DNA from: Candidatus Aminicenantes bacterium
Lineage (GTDB): Bacteria; Acidobacteriota; Aminicenantia; Aminicenantales; JAFGBC01
Length of the DNA stretch: 64,000 nt
Reading direction: 5' to 3'
Assembly (NCBI GenBank): GCA_963702005.1
Contig: OY969696.1
Location: 2,816,001-2,880,000, forward strand
The notes under the pieces were generated by a model, which saw only the letters and a list, made by a program, of their open reading frames with translations, was not told the origin of the DNA and did no database searches. Shown here piece by piece: positions 45,334 through 55,506 of this stretch. The position numbers and the translations under genes were made by a program. Within the stretch, counting starts at the first letter, position 1. Every line of letters starts with the position of its first letter.

Positions 45334-46869
45334 CTATTGACCGGCCGGCCAAAGCCGGACCAGCACGACCCCGTGGCGCGAGACGACCGCTGAAAAGGTC
45401 TTTGTAAAAACGCCGACGTCGTTCTGCCGCCAGAGGTCGCGGACCTTCTGGGGATCCCGAACTCCAAGGTCCTCCCAGTTCGCGGCGATTTCGGCGGTCG
45501 ACTGGCCCCGGTTGAACAGGCCGACCGCCTTGGAGCCGTCCGCCAAGTCCCTCGCCCAGACCTCCAGGTCGCCCGTCTTCGTCACCAGCCGGCCCGGCTT
45601 TCCCAGGGGGTCCTGGTCGACGTCGATGACTTCATCGTTGGTCAGGAGGTTCAGCGTAAACTCGTCGAGCCGCGTGATATCCCCGCTGAAAATGAGCGGT
45701 GCCGCCAGCAGGCACCAGAGTGAGACGTGGGTATATTGCTCATTGGGAGTGAGAGGCGTCCGGGCGGTCCCTCCCTTCCAATCGCTCAGCCAGCCGAGGA
45801 GGAGATAGTCCGGGTCGTTCCAGGCGCCGGGTCCTCCGTAACGCTGTAGATCGTTGGCCGCGTAGACGTCAAACCCGTCGCGGAAGAGCGCGGTCGGGAT
45901 GCCCTCGAAGCTCCCGCCCAGGTCGTCGGCCGTCCGCCAGCTGTTCCCGCCGACCTCCCGCCCCCATTCCCAAACCTTGCCCATGCCGTACTGGCAGAGG
46001 TTGAGGACGATATCGCGACGCTGGCGGGCGAGGATGGGGCTGATGAGCCGGTAGGGTTTTTGGAGTTCGGCCGGGCTTTGATCGGTCGCGGCATCCCGGT
46101 AGGAGCACCAGTCGTACTTCAGGAAATCGAAGCCCCATTCGACGAAACGGGCCACGTCCAGATCCTCGTGCCCCCAGGCGCCGACATGGCCGGCGCAGGT
46201 CTTCGGTCCCGGGGAAGTGTAGATGCCGGCCTTGAGTCCCTTGGAATGGATATAATCGGTCAGGGCTTTCATATCGGGGAACCGCTTGTTGGCGTTAATC
46301 ATGCCCCGCCCGTCGCGCGGCTCGCCCCGGAGGGTCGGATCTTCCGAGCCCGGCTTGACAGCCCAGCAGTCGTCGATATTGACATACTGGTAGCCGTGGT
46401 CGATCAGGCCGGTCGCGACCATGGCGTCGGCCGCGTCCCGCATGATCTTATCGGTCACGTGGTTTTCCCAAACATACCAGCTGTTCCAGCCCATATAAGG
46501 GGTCAAGGCCAGAGTATCGCCGCAGACGATCTTGAACTTTCTCGAAGCCGTGCCCAGCCTGTTGCCGGCTTTCAAGGTCACGGAAAATTCTCCCCGGCGA
46601 TCGACGCGTCCCGAGATCCGGCCGGTCTTGGGATCAGCCCTGAGCCCTTCGGGCAGGCCCTCGGCCGCGAACGTCATGGGCCGCTCGCCCGTGGCCGGGA
46701 TGGTGAACAGGAACGGTGAACCCGGCCTGACGCCGAAGATCCTAGCTCCGTTGATGCGGGGCGCGGGACCGGGCTTGGGGGTGAGGATAACGGCATCTTC
46801 GGCGCAGATCCCGATAAAAGACCACGCCAGCACCGCGGCCAGACACAGGGGGAAGGGCTTGAGTTTCAT
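45334..46869 (-). CDS. GH27 alpha-galactosidase with putative Ig domain
   Basis: TPYMGWNSW, NIDDCW, LKYDWC and WNDPD. Confidence 0.92.
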   Translation of the reverse strand: MKLKPFPLCLAAVLAWSFIGICAEDAVILTPKPGPAPRINGARIFGVRPGSPFLFTIPATGERPMTFAAEGLPEGLRADPKTGRISGRVDRRGEFSVTLKAGNRLGTASRKFKIVCGDTLALTPYMGWNSWYVWENHVTDKIMRDAADAMVATGLIDHGYQYVNIDDCWAVKPGSEDPTLRGEPRDGRGMINANKRFPDMKALTDYIHSKGLKAGIYTSPGPKTCAGHVGAWGHEDLDVARFVEWGFDFLKYDWCSYRDAATDQSPAELQKPYRLISPILARQRRDIVLNLCQYGMGKVWEWGREVGGNSWRTADDLGGSFEGIPTALFRDGFDVYAANDLQRYGGPGAWNDPDYLLLGWLSDWKGGTARTPLTPNEQYTHVSLWCLLAAPLIFSGDITRLDEFTLNLLTNDEVIDVDQDPLGKPGRLVTKTGDLEVWARDLADGSKAVGLFNRGQSTAEIAANWEDLGVRDPQKVRDLWRQNDVGVFTKTFSAVVSRHGVVLVRLWPAGQ

Positions 46870-46893
46870 CCGGACTTTCTCCTTTGCTAATTC

Positions 46894-47133
46894 TTAATAG
46901 ACAAAGCCTTGCTTCTGGTTTTTCAAGTAGACCGATACGATTCGTAAAATCGTGAAGAGGATGCCTCCGGACAAGGCAAGGGCGTAGAGCGCCAAGAGGA
47001 TTGTGTTCAGGAGCGGAAGCTTTTTCGACTGGACCCAGGGAAATATCAAGTCGAACATGGTTTTGCCGAAAAAGATGATCAGCAGGGTCAGTCCCAGCGC
47101 AGACCGATAGATGTACGACTTGACGTTCGACAT
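46894..47133 (-). CDS. Small 2-TM membrane protein
   Basis: 79-aa ORF with two hydrophobic helices. Confidence 0.5.
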   Translation of the reverse strand: MSNVKSYIYRSALGLTLLIIFFGKTMFDLIFPWVQSKKLPLLNTILLALYALALSGGILFTILRIVSVYLKNQKQGFVY

Positions 47134-47235
47134 GTCGACCCGGTCGAGATGGGCCAGCGGATAGAGAAGCCAGGCAGCCAGGATCCAAAGAAAGATGGTG
47201 ACGAGGACGGCGAAGCTTTTAATTGAAAGACTCCA

Positions 47236-48644
47236 TCATCCCTTCGGGTTGTCGGCGAAGTGGGCGTGGGCGATTCGGAATCCATCCTCCGTTTTGATAA
47301 TGACGAAGGTAACCGGCCCACGCTGGGCCGTCTCGGGTCCTTGGTCCCGGTCGAATCCCCAGGTCGCCGTGACAAGGAACGCCTGGCCCCTCCCCAGGTC
47401 CACAATCCGCGTGTCCTCAAGCCAGAGCCTGCTCTCCTGGCTCTTTCCGCCAGGCACGAACCCGAATCCCTGGTGATGAGCCCGCAGCGCGTCCATCCCC
47501 TGAATCAGGCCCCTTTTTTCGGAGGAAAAGTAAGAAAGCTTCTCGTCGCTCCAGAACAGCCTGTCGACCGGGGAGAGATCATAGGCATTCCACATGATCG
47601 CCCAAGCCCGGAGAAACTCCCGACATCGGCGGTATCTGAGTCCGGAGCGCCGGCCGCTCCCGGGACGCGCGCCATCCTGGAAATCTCGGCTTCCGCGGCG
47701 ATCGTGCCGAAGGAGGCCCAGCCTCCTTCCTTGACGAGTTTCTCGAAGAGCTCGCGCGCCCGGCCGGCGTCTCCGCCGTAGAGGTACCAGTTTCCGAGCC
47801 CGTAGGCCTGGACCGAAAAATTCAGGCTCCGCTCCCTCTCGTTCAATCCGGGCGGCGTTTCCACAATAGACTCCGGCTTTTTCAGACCCATGTAAACGAG
47901 AAGCCTCTGGTGGTAGGCGCCGTTCTCGATAATGGCCATCTTCTTTCGGATGGGCTTGAGGCAGGCTCGGGCCTCATCTTCTTTTCCCATTCTCCGCAAC
48001 GCCATGTAGAGCCAGTCGGTCGCGGCCGTGAGCAGGTCGTCGTTCTTGCTCCATTTCAGGCATTCCCGGTAAGCGTCGGCCGCCGCGGCGAAATCGCCCT
48101 TGAGATAGAAAGCCAGGCCGAGGTGGTACCAGATGTTGAACTGGGTGTTGGAGAGCGGCCGGCCCGCCCGGTTGGGAATGCCGTCGGGCTCGGGATCGAG
48201 CGGAATGGAGGCGGAAAGCTCGGCCGCCTTTCTGAGGTCGGCGATGGCCCTGTCGAACAAGCGGAGCGTTATATAGCGATGTCCCCGATGACGCAAGAGT
48301 CTAGCCGATGACGGGAACCTCTCAAGACCGTTCGTATAGATTTGGATCGCCTCGCGATAATAGCCCAGATAGGCCGTCCGCCGTCCGAACCAGACGGTGT
48401 TGGCTTCATTGGGATTGCGCTCGAATTCCGCCTTGGCCTTCCGATAGAGCTCGACCGCAGTGCTGTCCGCGGCCGGCGCGGTCAGCTTCCCGCCGAGGAG
48501 CGAGATCGCTTCGTATTCCGGCGCCGTCGGAAGGTCCTGGCCGGACCAAACCTGGGATTCCGCAAGGACCATGGACAGACCAATCAGGACCGTTGATTTT
48601 ATAAGTCTAGGATACTTCAAGCCGCCCTCCTTCGTAGCGATCAT
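47236..48644 (-). pseudogene. Secreted TPR + NTF2-like fusion, frameshifted near 47614-47621
   Basis: The TPR frame ends in junk after ADVG. The alternative frame reads EFLRAWAIMWNAYDL...HAHF, and adding one base restores a single ORF. Confidence 0.6.
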
Positions 48645-48673
48645 TGTATGCTCCTTTTGAGCCCGGCTTCAAG

Positions 48674-49909
48674 TTATCGAGTGCCGGCCTTTCCCGCCAA
48701 CAGGCCGGACGCCCAAGCCCAGGCCAGGTTGAAGCCTCCCCTCCTCCCCTGGACATCGAGGATCTCACCGGCCATAAATAATCCGGGACGGAGCTTGGAT
48801 TCGAGCGTCTCGGAATCGACCTCGTCCGCGGGGATGCCGCCGCTCGTGAACTCGGCCTCGTTCCAACCCCTCGTCCCGATGACTTTGAACCGCAGGTCCT
48901 TGAGCCGGCCGGCCAGGAACCGGGCGATCCCGCCGTGATCCCCAGGCCGGGTTTGGGACGACTTATCCCGGCGTTCCCGGATCCACGATACGATGACGGC
49001 GCCGAATTTTTCCGGGATAATTCCGGCGGCCAACTCCCGGTCCGGCCATCCTTCGGCCGCCCTCCTCTCGAAGCGGGCCGCCAGAACGTCCCCACCCAGA
49101 AACGGAACGAGGTCGATGGCGATCTCGACGTCTTTTCGCCCTTCCCTGTTAAGCGCCCGGGACAGGCTCTCGCTGACGTCCAGAACGGCCGTCCCCGACA
49201 ACCCGTAGGAAGCGAACAGAAGCTCTCCGTCCGACTCTTCGGCCCTCCGGCCGCCGATGAGGCTCGCCGCGCACACGCGAACCTTCTGCCCCTGGAGGAG
49301 ATGGCAGAGTTTGTCCTTGACCACGACCGGAACGGCGCTCGGGATCGGCTCGATCAGCCCGTGTCCGAACGCGCGGGCGAGGCCGTAGGCGTTTCCGTCC
49401 GCGCCCAAGGCCGGATAGGATTTCCCGCCCCCGGCCAAGATGACCCGTCCCGCCCTCAGGCTCGAACCGTCCCGCGCCTTGAGCAGGAAGGCGCCGTCCT
49501 TCCAGCCCATTTCCTTTACGTCCCAAGACAGCCGGACCTCGACGGGCAGGCGCCCGAGCTCGAGCTCGAAGACTTTGAGGACGGAGGCGGCCTGCTGGGT
49601 CGCCGGGAAGACGCGGTCCCCTTCCGATGTCAGGGCCAAACCCAAACCGCCGAAGAATTCCTTGATCTCCGGTTTCCCAAAGCGTCCGAACACCGAACGG
49701 GCGAGACCGCGGCTTTCGGCCGTGAAGGACGAGGCGTCGAGTTTCTCGTTGAGAAGGTTGGAGCGGCCGCCGCCCGTCGCCAGGAGCTTGCGTCCGAGCT
49801 TGGGCATCCTCTCGCAGAGGACGACGGAGCCGGGTGCGCGACCGGCGCTCACCGCCGCGGCGAGACCCGCCGCCCCCCCGCCGACGACGGCCACGGACCG
49901 GGTGTCCAT
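48674..49909 (-). CDS. HI0933/BaiN-family flavoprotein
   Basis: GGGAAGL, GRKLLATGGGRSN, GGKSYP, TSGG and GGFNLAWAWASG. Confidence 0.88.
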   Translation of the reverse strand: MDTRSVAVVGGGAAGLAAAVSAGRAPGSVVLCERMPKLGRKLLATGGGRSNLLNEKLDASSFTAESRGLARSVFGRFGKPEIKEFFGGLGLALTSEGDRVFPATQQAASVLKVFELELGRLPVEVRLSWDVKEMGWKDGAFLLKARDGSSLRAGRVILAGGGKSYPALGADGNAYGLARAFGHGLIEPIPSAVPVVVKDKLCHLLQGQKVRVCAASLIGGRRAEESDGELLFASYGLSGTAVLDVSESLSRALNREGRKDVEIAIDLVPFLGGDVLAARFERRAAEGWPDRELAAGIIPEKFGAVIVSWIRERRDKSSQTRPGDHGGIARFLAGRLKDLRFKVIGTRGWNEAEFTSGGIPADEVDSETLESKLRPGLFMAGEILDVQGRRGGFNLAWAWASGLLAGKAGTR

Positions 49910-49917
49910 CGCGGAGT

Positions 49918-50976
49918 CTAAGCTCCGGCGCCGCCCCCCGCGGCCGCCGCCCCTTCCCTCAGGTAGAAAGCGGCCGTTTCGGGCGCGACCGGGTTGATGT
50001 AGAAGCCCGTCCCCCATTCGAAGCCCGCGACCCGGGTCAGGACGGGGATGATTTCCATGTGCCAGTGGAAGGTCCTCTCGATGTCGCTCTCACCATGGTT
50101 ATGGACGGCCGGGTTCGGGGCCTGATGGAGAAATAGATTATAGGGAGGATCGGCCAGGATGGCCTTAAACCGCCCCAGCACCGTCTTCAAGGCGTCGGCC
50201 AATCCCTCCAGCTCCTCGCCGCCAAACCGGCTGAAATAGGCATCATGACGGAGGGGAAGGACGCGCATCTCGAACGGGAAGCGGGCCGCGAACGGAACTT
50301 TAACGCAGACATGGTCGTTGCGGTAGACAAGCCGGTCCTTGGCCGCGGTTTCCTCGCGGATGATCCGGCAGAAGACGCATTCCTTGAAACGGCGGAAGAG
50401 CCGCCCCGCGCCGTAAATTTCCTCCTTGATCCGTTTGGGGACGATCGGCGTCGCCACGATCTGCGAGTGGGGATGGCTCAGCGAGGCTCCGGCCTCCTTC
50501 CCCTTGTTCTTGAAGACCTGGACGTACTTGTAGGGGAGATCTTCCTCGATGGACCGGATCCGGTCCTGGAATACCTTGAGGACGGCCCGGATATGGTCAT
50601 GGGGAAGGTCGGCCAGCTCCAGGTCGTGGTCGGGATTCTCGATGACGACCTCGTGGACACCGACGCCGTCCATCCAGGTGAAGAGGCCGTTATCCTGGCG
50701 GGCGGGCGCCGCTCCGCGAGTCAAGGCCGGAAACTTGTTGGGAACGACCCGGACGCTCCAGCCAGGCTCGTCCGGCCGCGTCCCGTCCGCCCGGAGGGCG
50801 AAGACCTCGGGCGGGGTCTTGGACTCGTTCCCGGCGCAGAAGGGGCAGAAGCCCCTGGCTTCGGCCGGCTTGGCCTCCGCCGCCTGGGCGGGCCGGAAAT
50901 CGTCGGGCCGTTTGCTTCGCTCGGCGGCGACGATGACCCAGCGGCCGCTGATGATGTCTTTCCGGAGCTGCGACAT
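49918..50976 (-). CDS. galT: GalT-like hexose-1-phosphate nucleotidylyltransferase
   Basis: CPFCAGNE, VVPNKFPAL and GASLSHPHSQ (HxHxQ). Confidence 0.88.
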   Translation of the reverse strand: MSQLRKDIISGRWVIVAAERSKRPDDFRPAQAAEAKPAEARGFCPFCAGNESKTPPEVFALRADGTRPDEPGWSVRVVPNKFPALTRGAAPARQDNGLFTWMDGVGVHEVVIENPDHDLELADLPHDHIRAVLKVFQDRIRSIEEDLPYKYVQVFKNKGKEAGASLSHPHSQIVATPIVPKRIKEEIYGAGRLFRRFKECVFCRIIREETAAKDRLVYRNDHVCVKVPFAARFPFEMRVLPLRHDAYFSRFGGEELEGLADALKTVLGRFKAILADPPYNLFLHQAPNPAVHNHGESDIERTFHWHMEIIPVLTRVAGFEWGTGFYINPVAPETAAFYLREGAAAAGGGAGA

Positions 50977-50980
50977 GCCC

Positions 50981-51343
50981 TTAGGATCCGAGGAGCTCTT
51001 TGACCCTGAACTTGAGCTCGTCCAGGCTCGAGGACTTGACGACATAGGCGTCGGCGGCCCAGGTCATGAAATCGTCCTTGTAGCTTTGATAGGCGGAGTT
51101 GATGATGATCGGGATGTCCTTACGTTGCCCCATGACGTGGGTGATGAGCTCGATCCCGTCCTTGCCCGGCATCCGGATATCCGTGATGATAAGGTCGAAC
51201 TGAGCGTTGCGGAGGGCCTCGAGGGCGTCGTCGGCGTCGTCGGCGACGGTTACGTCGAAGCCCTCCTTGGCGAGCTCCTCTTTGTAGAGCAGGCAGAGGT
51301 GTTCTTCGTCCTCGACCAGCAGGATCCTCTTTTTGGTCTTCAT
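50981..51343 (-). CDS. Single-domain response regulator
   Basis: LLVEDE, DIRMPG and VVKS. Confidence 0.92.
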   Translation of the reverse strand: MKTKKRILLVEDEEHLCLLYKEELAKEGFDVTVADDADDALEALRNAQFDLIITDIRMPGKDGIELITHVMGQRKDIPIIINSAYQSYKDDFMTWAADAYVVKSSSLDELKFRVKELLGS

Positions 51344-52689
51344 GAGTCCGCTCCCCTTTCCTCCTTCTTGAAACAGAGCCTGAATTCCGTCCCCTTTCCT
51401 TCCCGGCTGCGAACTTCGATCCCGCCGCCGCAGGATTCAACGACCCGCTTGACGAAGTGAAGGCCGAGCCCCATCCCCCGCTCCTTGGTCGTGAAGAAGG
51501 GCGTGAACAAGCGCTCCCGGTCCTTGGCGGAGATTCCCCGGCCGGTGTCCTTGACCTTGACCACGAACCAACGCGGGTCTGAAGCCATGGCCTGGAGATA
51601 GATCTTTCCTCCCTCGGGCGTCGCGTCCAGGGCGTTGTCGAGGAGGTTCCGGACCGCCTCTCCGACCTGAGTCGGATAGCCCATGATCCGGGGCATTGTC
51701 CGGGGAAGCCGGGCTCTGACGATGCGGCCCCGGCTCTTGGCCTGAAATCCCGGATCAGCGAAGGCGGACCTCAGGACCGGTTCCGGATCGAAGCCGGCCG
51801 CGGGCTTCTGCTCGAGCTTGAGGAGGTGGCCCAGCTTGTAGACGATGTCCTCGAGCCGCGTCGTTTCGGTCCGGATGATCTCCAGGTTGCGGCGCGACTT
51901 GCGCCGGTCGCCCTCGAAGCGGAGGAGCTGGTCCGTGAACCCGCCGATGGTCACCAGCGGGTTACGGAGCTGGTGGGTGACGTGCATGGCCATCTCGCCC
52001 ATGGCGGCGAACTTTTCCATCTCCAGCATCCGCTTGTGCAGGGTGGCCGTGTAGATGTAGTTCCCGGCGATCAGCCCGCAGATCGCGGCCAGCTTGACGT
52101 CCCGTTCCGCGATCGGACTCCGGGTGAAGGCGTTGTCGAGGATGATTTCGCCCAGGGGCTCGTCCGCGACGACGAGGGGAATGCAGACGAAATCCTCGAC
52201 GTCGATGACTTCGAGGAAACGCCGGTCCACCTCGGGTTCGCTCCGGGCGTCGCTGACCATGACGATCTCCCTGCGCTCAAGGGCGCGGGCCGGTATCCGG
52301 AGCCCGTTCTCGCCCAGCGGGAAGGACAGGCCCTTGATCCGGTCGCTCAGGGTCGCGCCCTCGCGGCTGAGAAGTGACCGGTTGTGCTCGACGATCTCGA
52401 TGTAGCCGATCCCCGGCGTCGACAGGATCTCCCAAATCGAGCGGGCTTCCTCGGACGTGGCCGGCCCGAGCCACATCTCGGCCTTGAGCCGGTCGCCTTC
52501 GGCCCGCAGGAGCATGGCCCGGTTGAACCCGACGCCCGAGCCCGAGGTCAAGGCCGTCAGGATGACGAGCAGGTTATCCTGGAGGGAGAAAGGCTGGAAA
52601 TAGCTCTGGGCGATGATCGAGAGGAGGACGAGTTCCTTGGGGGCGTCCCGTTCGATATCGCCCAGATAGAGCCCGCGGGTCTCGATCAT
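51340..52689 (-). CDS. Cytoplasmic GAF-domain histidine kinase
   Basis: HQLRNPL H-box, NLLDNA, DTGRG, PFFTTK and GMGLGL. Confidence 0.9.
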   Translation of the reverse strand: MIETRGLYLGDIERDAPKELVLLSIIAQSYFQPFSLQDNLLVILTALTSGSGVGFNRAMLLRAEGDRLKAEMWLGPATSEEARSIWEILSTPGIGYIEIVEHNRSLLSREGATLSDRIKGLSFPLGENGLRIPARALERREIVMVSDARSEPEVDRRFLEVIDVEDFVCIPLVVADEPLGEIILDNAFTRSPIAERDVKLAAICGLIAGNYIYTATLHKRMLEMEKFAAMGEMAMHVTHQLRNPLVTIGGFTDQLLRFEGDRRKSRRNLEIIRTETTRLEDIVYKLGHLLKLEQKPAAGFDPEPVLRSAFADPGFQAKSRGRIVRARLPRTMPRIMGYPTQVGEAVRNLLDNALDATPEGGKIYLQAMASDPRWFVVKVKDTGRGISAKDRERLFTPFFTTKERGMGLGLHFVKRVVESCGGGIEVRSREGKGTEFRLCFKKEERGADS

Positions 52690-53870
52690 TCAAGCTTCCA
52701 GCTCTTGGGGACGACCCGGATCTTCCCGGCGCTGAGCTTGAAATAGCGGGCGTCCTCCTTCTCATCGGCCCCGACGACGAATCCGTCCGGGATCCTGGCG
52801 AACTTATCGACGATGACGCCCTGGAGCCGGGCGTTGCGGCCGACCTCGGCGCCCTCGAACAGGATGGCCCCTTCGACCCGCGCCCCCTCGGCGACCTTGA
52901 CGCCGGGCGACAGGATGGCGTCCTGGAGGAGGCTGTCCTGGATAATGCAGCCCGAGGATACGATCGAGCTTCGGACGGCGCCCTTGCGGATGAAGCTCGC
53001 CGGATACTGGGGCTTGTAGGTCCGGATCGGCCAGGAAACGTCCTGGACGACCAGGGGCGGCGCCGGACTCAGGAAGAGCATGTTGGCCTTCCAGTAGGCG
53101 TCGATCGTCCCGATGTCTTCCCAGTAGCCCTCAAACGGGTAAGCGAACACGCGGCTCTCGTTGATGAGCCGGGGAAGGATGTCCTTGCCGAAATCATGGC
53201 TCGAGGCCGAGTCCTTGGCGTCCCGGAGGAGGGCCTTGATCAGGACGTGGGTCCGGAAGAGATACACGCCCATCGAGATCATGGTCGTTTCCGGATCCCA
53301 GGGCGTCCCGGGCGGATTCTTGGGCTTCTCGATGAAGCGGAGGATGCGATTCTGGGCATCGCCCTCGATGACCCCGAACCGGCCCGCTTCGGAGCGGGGC
53401 TTGAGCTTGGCCAGGACGACGGCGTCGGCCTTGTTTTCGTTATAGAACTCGATGATGGGCCGATAGTCCGACTTGTAGACATGATCGCCCGATAAGACCA
53501 GGACGGCCTCGGGATTCTCCTGCTGAATCGTATAGATGTTCTGGAACACGGCGTCGGCCGTCCCCTCGTACCAGTGGTCGGCGACCCGGCCCTGGGCCGG
53601 AAGCGAGATGATATAGCCCTTGCTCTCGGGATGGAAGATGTTCCAGCCGTTGAGGATATGCCGTTCCAGGGATAGAGATTTATACTGGGTCAGCAGGGCG
53701 ATCTTGCGCAGCTCGGAGTTGAGGCAGTTCGACAGGCTGAAATCGATGATCCGGTAGCTGCCCAGGAAGGGGACCGACGGCTTGGCTCGGTCCCGGGTCA
53801 GGGGATAGAGCCTCTCCCCTTTCCCGCCGCAGAGAATCATGACCAGGATCTTTTCAGACGATACGGCCAT
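52686..53870 (-). CDS. glgC: Glucose-1-phosphate adenylyltransferase
   Basis: GGKGERLYPLT, RAKPSVPF, YEGTADA, EKP and DFGKD. Confidence 0.95.
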   Translation of the reverse strand: MAVSSEKILVMILCGGKGERLYPLTRDRAKPSVPFLGSYRIIDFSLSNCLNSELRKIALLTQYKSLSLERHILNGWNIFHPESKGYIISLPAQGRVADHWYEGTADAVFQNIYTIQQENPEAVLVLSGDHVYKSDYRPIIEFYNENKADAVVLAKLKPRSEAGRFGVIEGDAQNRILRFIEKPKNPPGTPWDPETTMISMGVYLFRTHVLIKALLRDAKDSASSHDFGKDILPRLINESRVFAYPFEGYWEDIGTIDAYWKANMLFLSPAPPLVVQDVSWPIRTYKPQYPASFIRKGAVRSSIVSSGCIIQDSLLQDAILSPGVKVAEGARVEGAILFEGAEVGRNARLQGVIVDKFARIPDGFVVGADEKEDARYFKLSAGKIRVVPKSWKLE

Positions 53871-55506
53871 CGGGCGTCACGACCTCCTCGAACAGCCGGT
53901 CTTCGTTCTCCCAAACCCCGAGCAGGGCTGACTCCTCTCCGCTGAGGACCGTCCCGCGCCGGATCCAGCCGGCCAGGGTCGATGCCCGCTCGAAATGTCC
54001 GGCGGCCCGGTTCTCGGCGTAGTCGCGGGCCGACCAAGTCGAGATGAGAAAAGGCCAGTCGGAGCTTTCGAGCAGGAATTTTTCGCGGATGAACTGCCGC
54101 CAGAGCCGAGCGTCGCGGGGAGCCGGACGTCGGCTCAGGTCTTCCCAGTCCGCCTCGATCGCGTAGATCTTTTCCCAGATCCAGGATGTGTCCTTGTTGA
54201 GCCAGATCCAGTGGAAACCGCCCTCGCCCCAGGATCCTTCGGGAAGGGCGACCACGGTCCGGGCCGGAATCCGCTCCAGGGCGCGGCTCCCGTTCAAGGG
54301 CTTGACTCCGCTCTCCTGGAGTTTTTTAAGGACGAGATAGATCCATTCAGGCCCTTCGAACCACCAATGGCCGAAGAGCTCCGTGTCGTACATGCCGGTT
54401 ATTATCCCGGACTCGCGTCCCTTGAGGGTTTCGTTGAGAAGTTGGACAAAATGGGAGGCATGGGCCTCAATCCGCTCCCGGGCCGAAGCCGGATCATAGA
54501 GGGCTTTATCGCCGAGGCCGGCCTCGCTCGAGGTGATCCGCCAGTACCTCATGCCGCCCGGAAAGTGCTTTTTATGGAACTCGAGGTACGCGCCGTCGCC
54601 CGGGTAGCCGAGGTTTCGGCTCCAGACCTGAGAGCCTGTGACCTCGTCCCGGACAAAGAAGGCTGTGTTCGAAGGGTGGGCTCGGTAAGGAAGATAGGGA
54701 TCCTTGCCCGACTCCTCGCCCGGCTTGTACTCCCCCTGGAACTTCTCCCAGAGCAGGCCGAGCGCCGGGAAGCGGTCCGCGTAGACGCCCTTGGCCTGGC
54801 CGCCCTTGAGAAGGTGGCCGTCCACGTAGAAAAATTCCAGCCCTTCGGCCCCAAGGATTTCATCGACGCCGCGGCGATCATAGGGACGGGCCTCGCCGAA
54901 GGGAGGCTTCCAGGCATAGCCGGGGCGGTAAGAGCATTCCGGGATCCAGAATCCCGAGGGATCGCGCCCGAAGAAACGGCGGTAGGTGTGGATTCCTTGC
55001 CGGACTTGATGCCGGATGCTCTCGTCCCGGGAAAGGAGGGCGAAATAACCGTGGGTCGCGGCCGAGGTCAGGATCTCGATCGAACCCGCGTCCTGGAGCC
55101 GGCCGAAAGCCTTGATGAGATCCCCGCCGTAGCGGCCCAGGAAGTCTTCCAGGACTTTTCCGTACCATTTCTCCCAGAACACGGTCAGCCGGACGAGGTC
55201 GGCCCGGCCCGTCCGCTCGAAATAGACCCGGTCCTCGGCCGTGATCTTGAGCTTCATCCGGAGATAATCCTCGAAGCCCGAACGGAAAGACTCGCTCTTC
55301 AGCTGGTCGGCCAGGACTGGGGTAAGCCCGAAATTGACGCTGGCCGGAACCCCCTCGTCGGCCAAACGGTTAAAGGCGCCGAGAAGGGGCAGGTAGCTCT
55401 CGGCCGCCGCCTCGAAGAGCCAGTCCATGCCGTGTGGCCAGGAGCCGTGGGCCAGGACATAAGGAATGTGGCTGTGAAGAACGAGTGAAAAATATTTATC
55501 GGCCAT
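53854..55506 (-). CDS. GH57 branching enzyme (DUF1957 type)
   Basis: LHSHIPYV, GFWIPEC, DTELFGHWW and SSDWPF. Confidence 0.9.
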   Translation of the reverse strand: MADKYFSLVLHSHIPYVLAHGSWPHGMDWLFEAAAESYLPLLGAFNRLADEGVPASVNFGLTPVLADQLKSESFRSGFEDYLRMKLKITAEDRVYFERTGRADLVRLTVFWEKWYGKVLEDFLGRYGGDLIKAFGRLQDAGSIEILTSAATHGYFALLSRDESIRHQVRQGIHTYRRFFGRDPSGFWIPECSYRPGYAWKPPFGEARPYDRRGVDEILGAEGLEFFYVDGHLLKGGQAKGVYADRFPALGLLWEKFQGEYKPGEESGKDPYLPYRAHPSNTAFFVRDEVTGSQVWSRNLGYPGDGAYLEFHKKHFPGGMRYWRITSSEAGLGDKALYDPASARERIEAHASHFVQLLNETLKGRESGIITGMYDTELFGHWWFEGPEWIYLVLKKLQESGVKPLNGSRALERIPARTVVALPEGSWGEGGFHWIWLNKDTSWIWEKIYAIEADWEDLSRRPAPRDARLWRQFIREKFLLESSDWPFLISTWSARDYAENRAAGHFERASTLAGWIRRGTVLSGEESALLGVWENEDRLFEEVVTPDGRIV

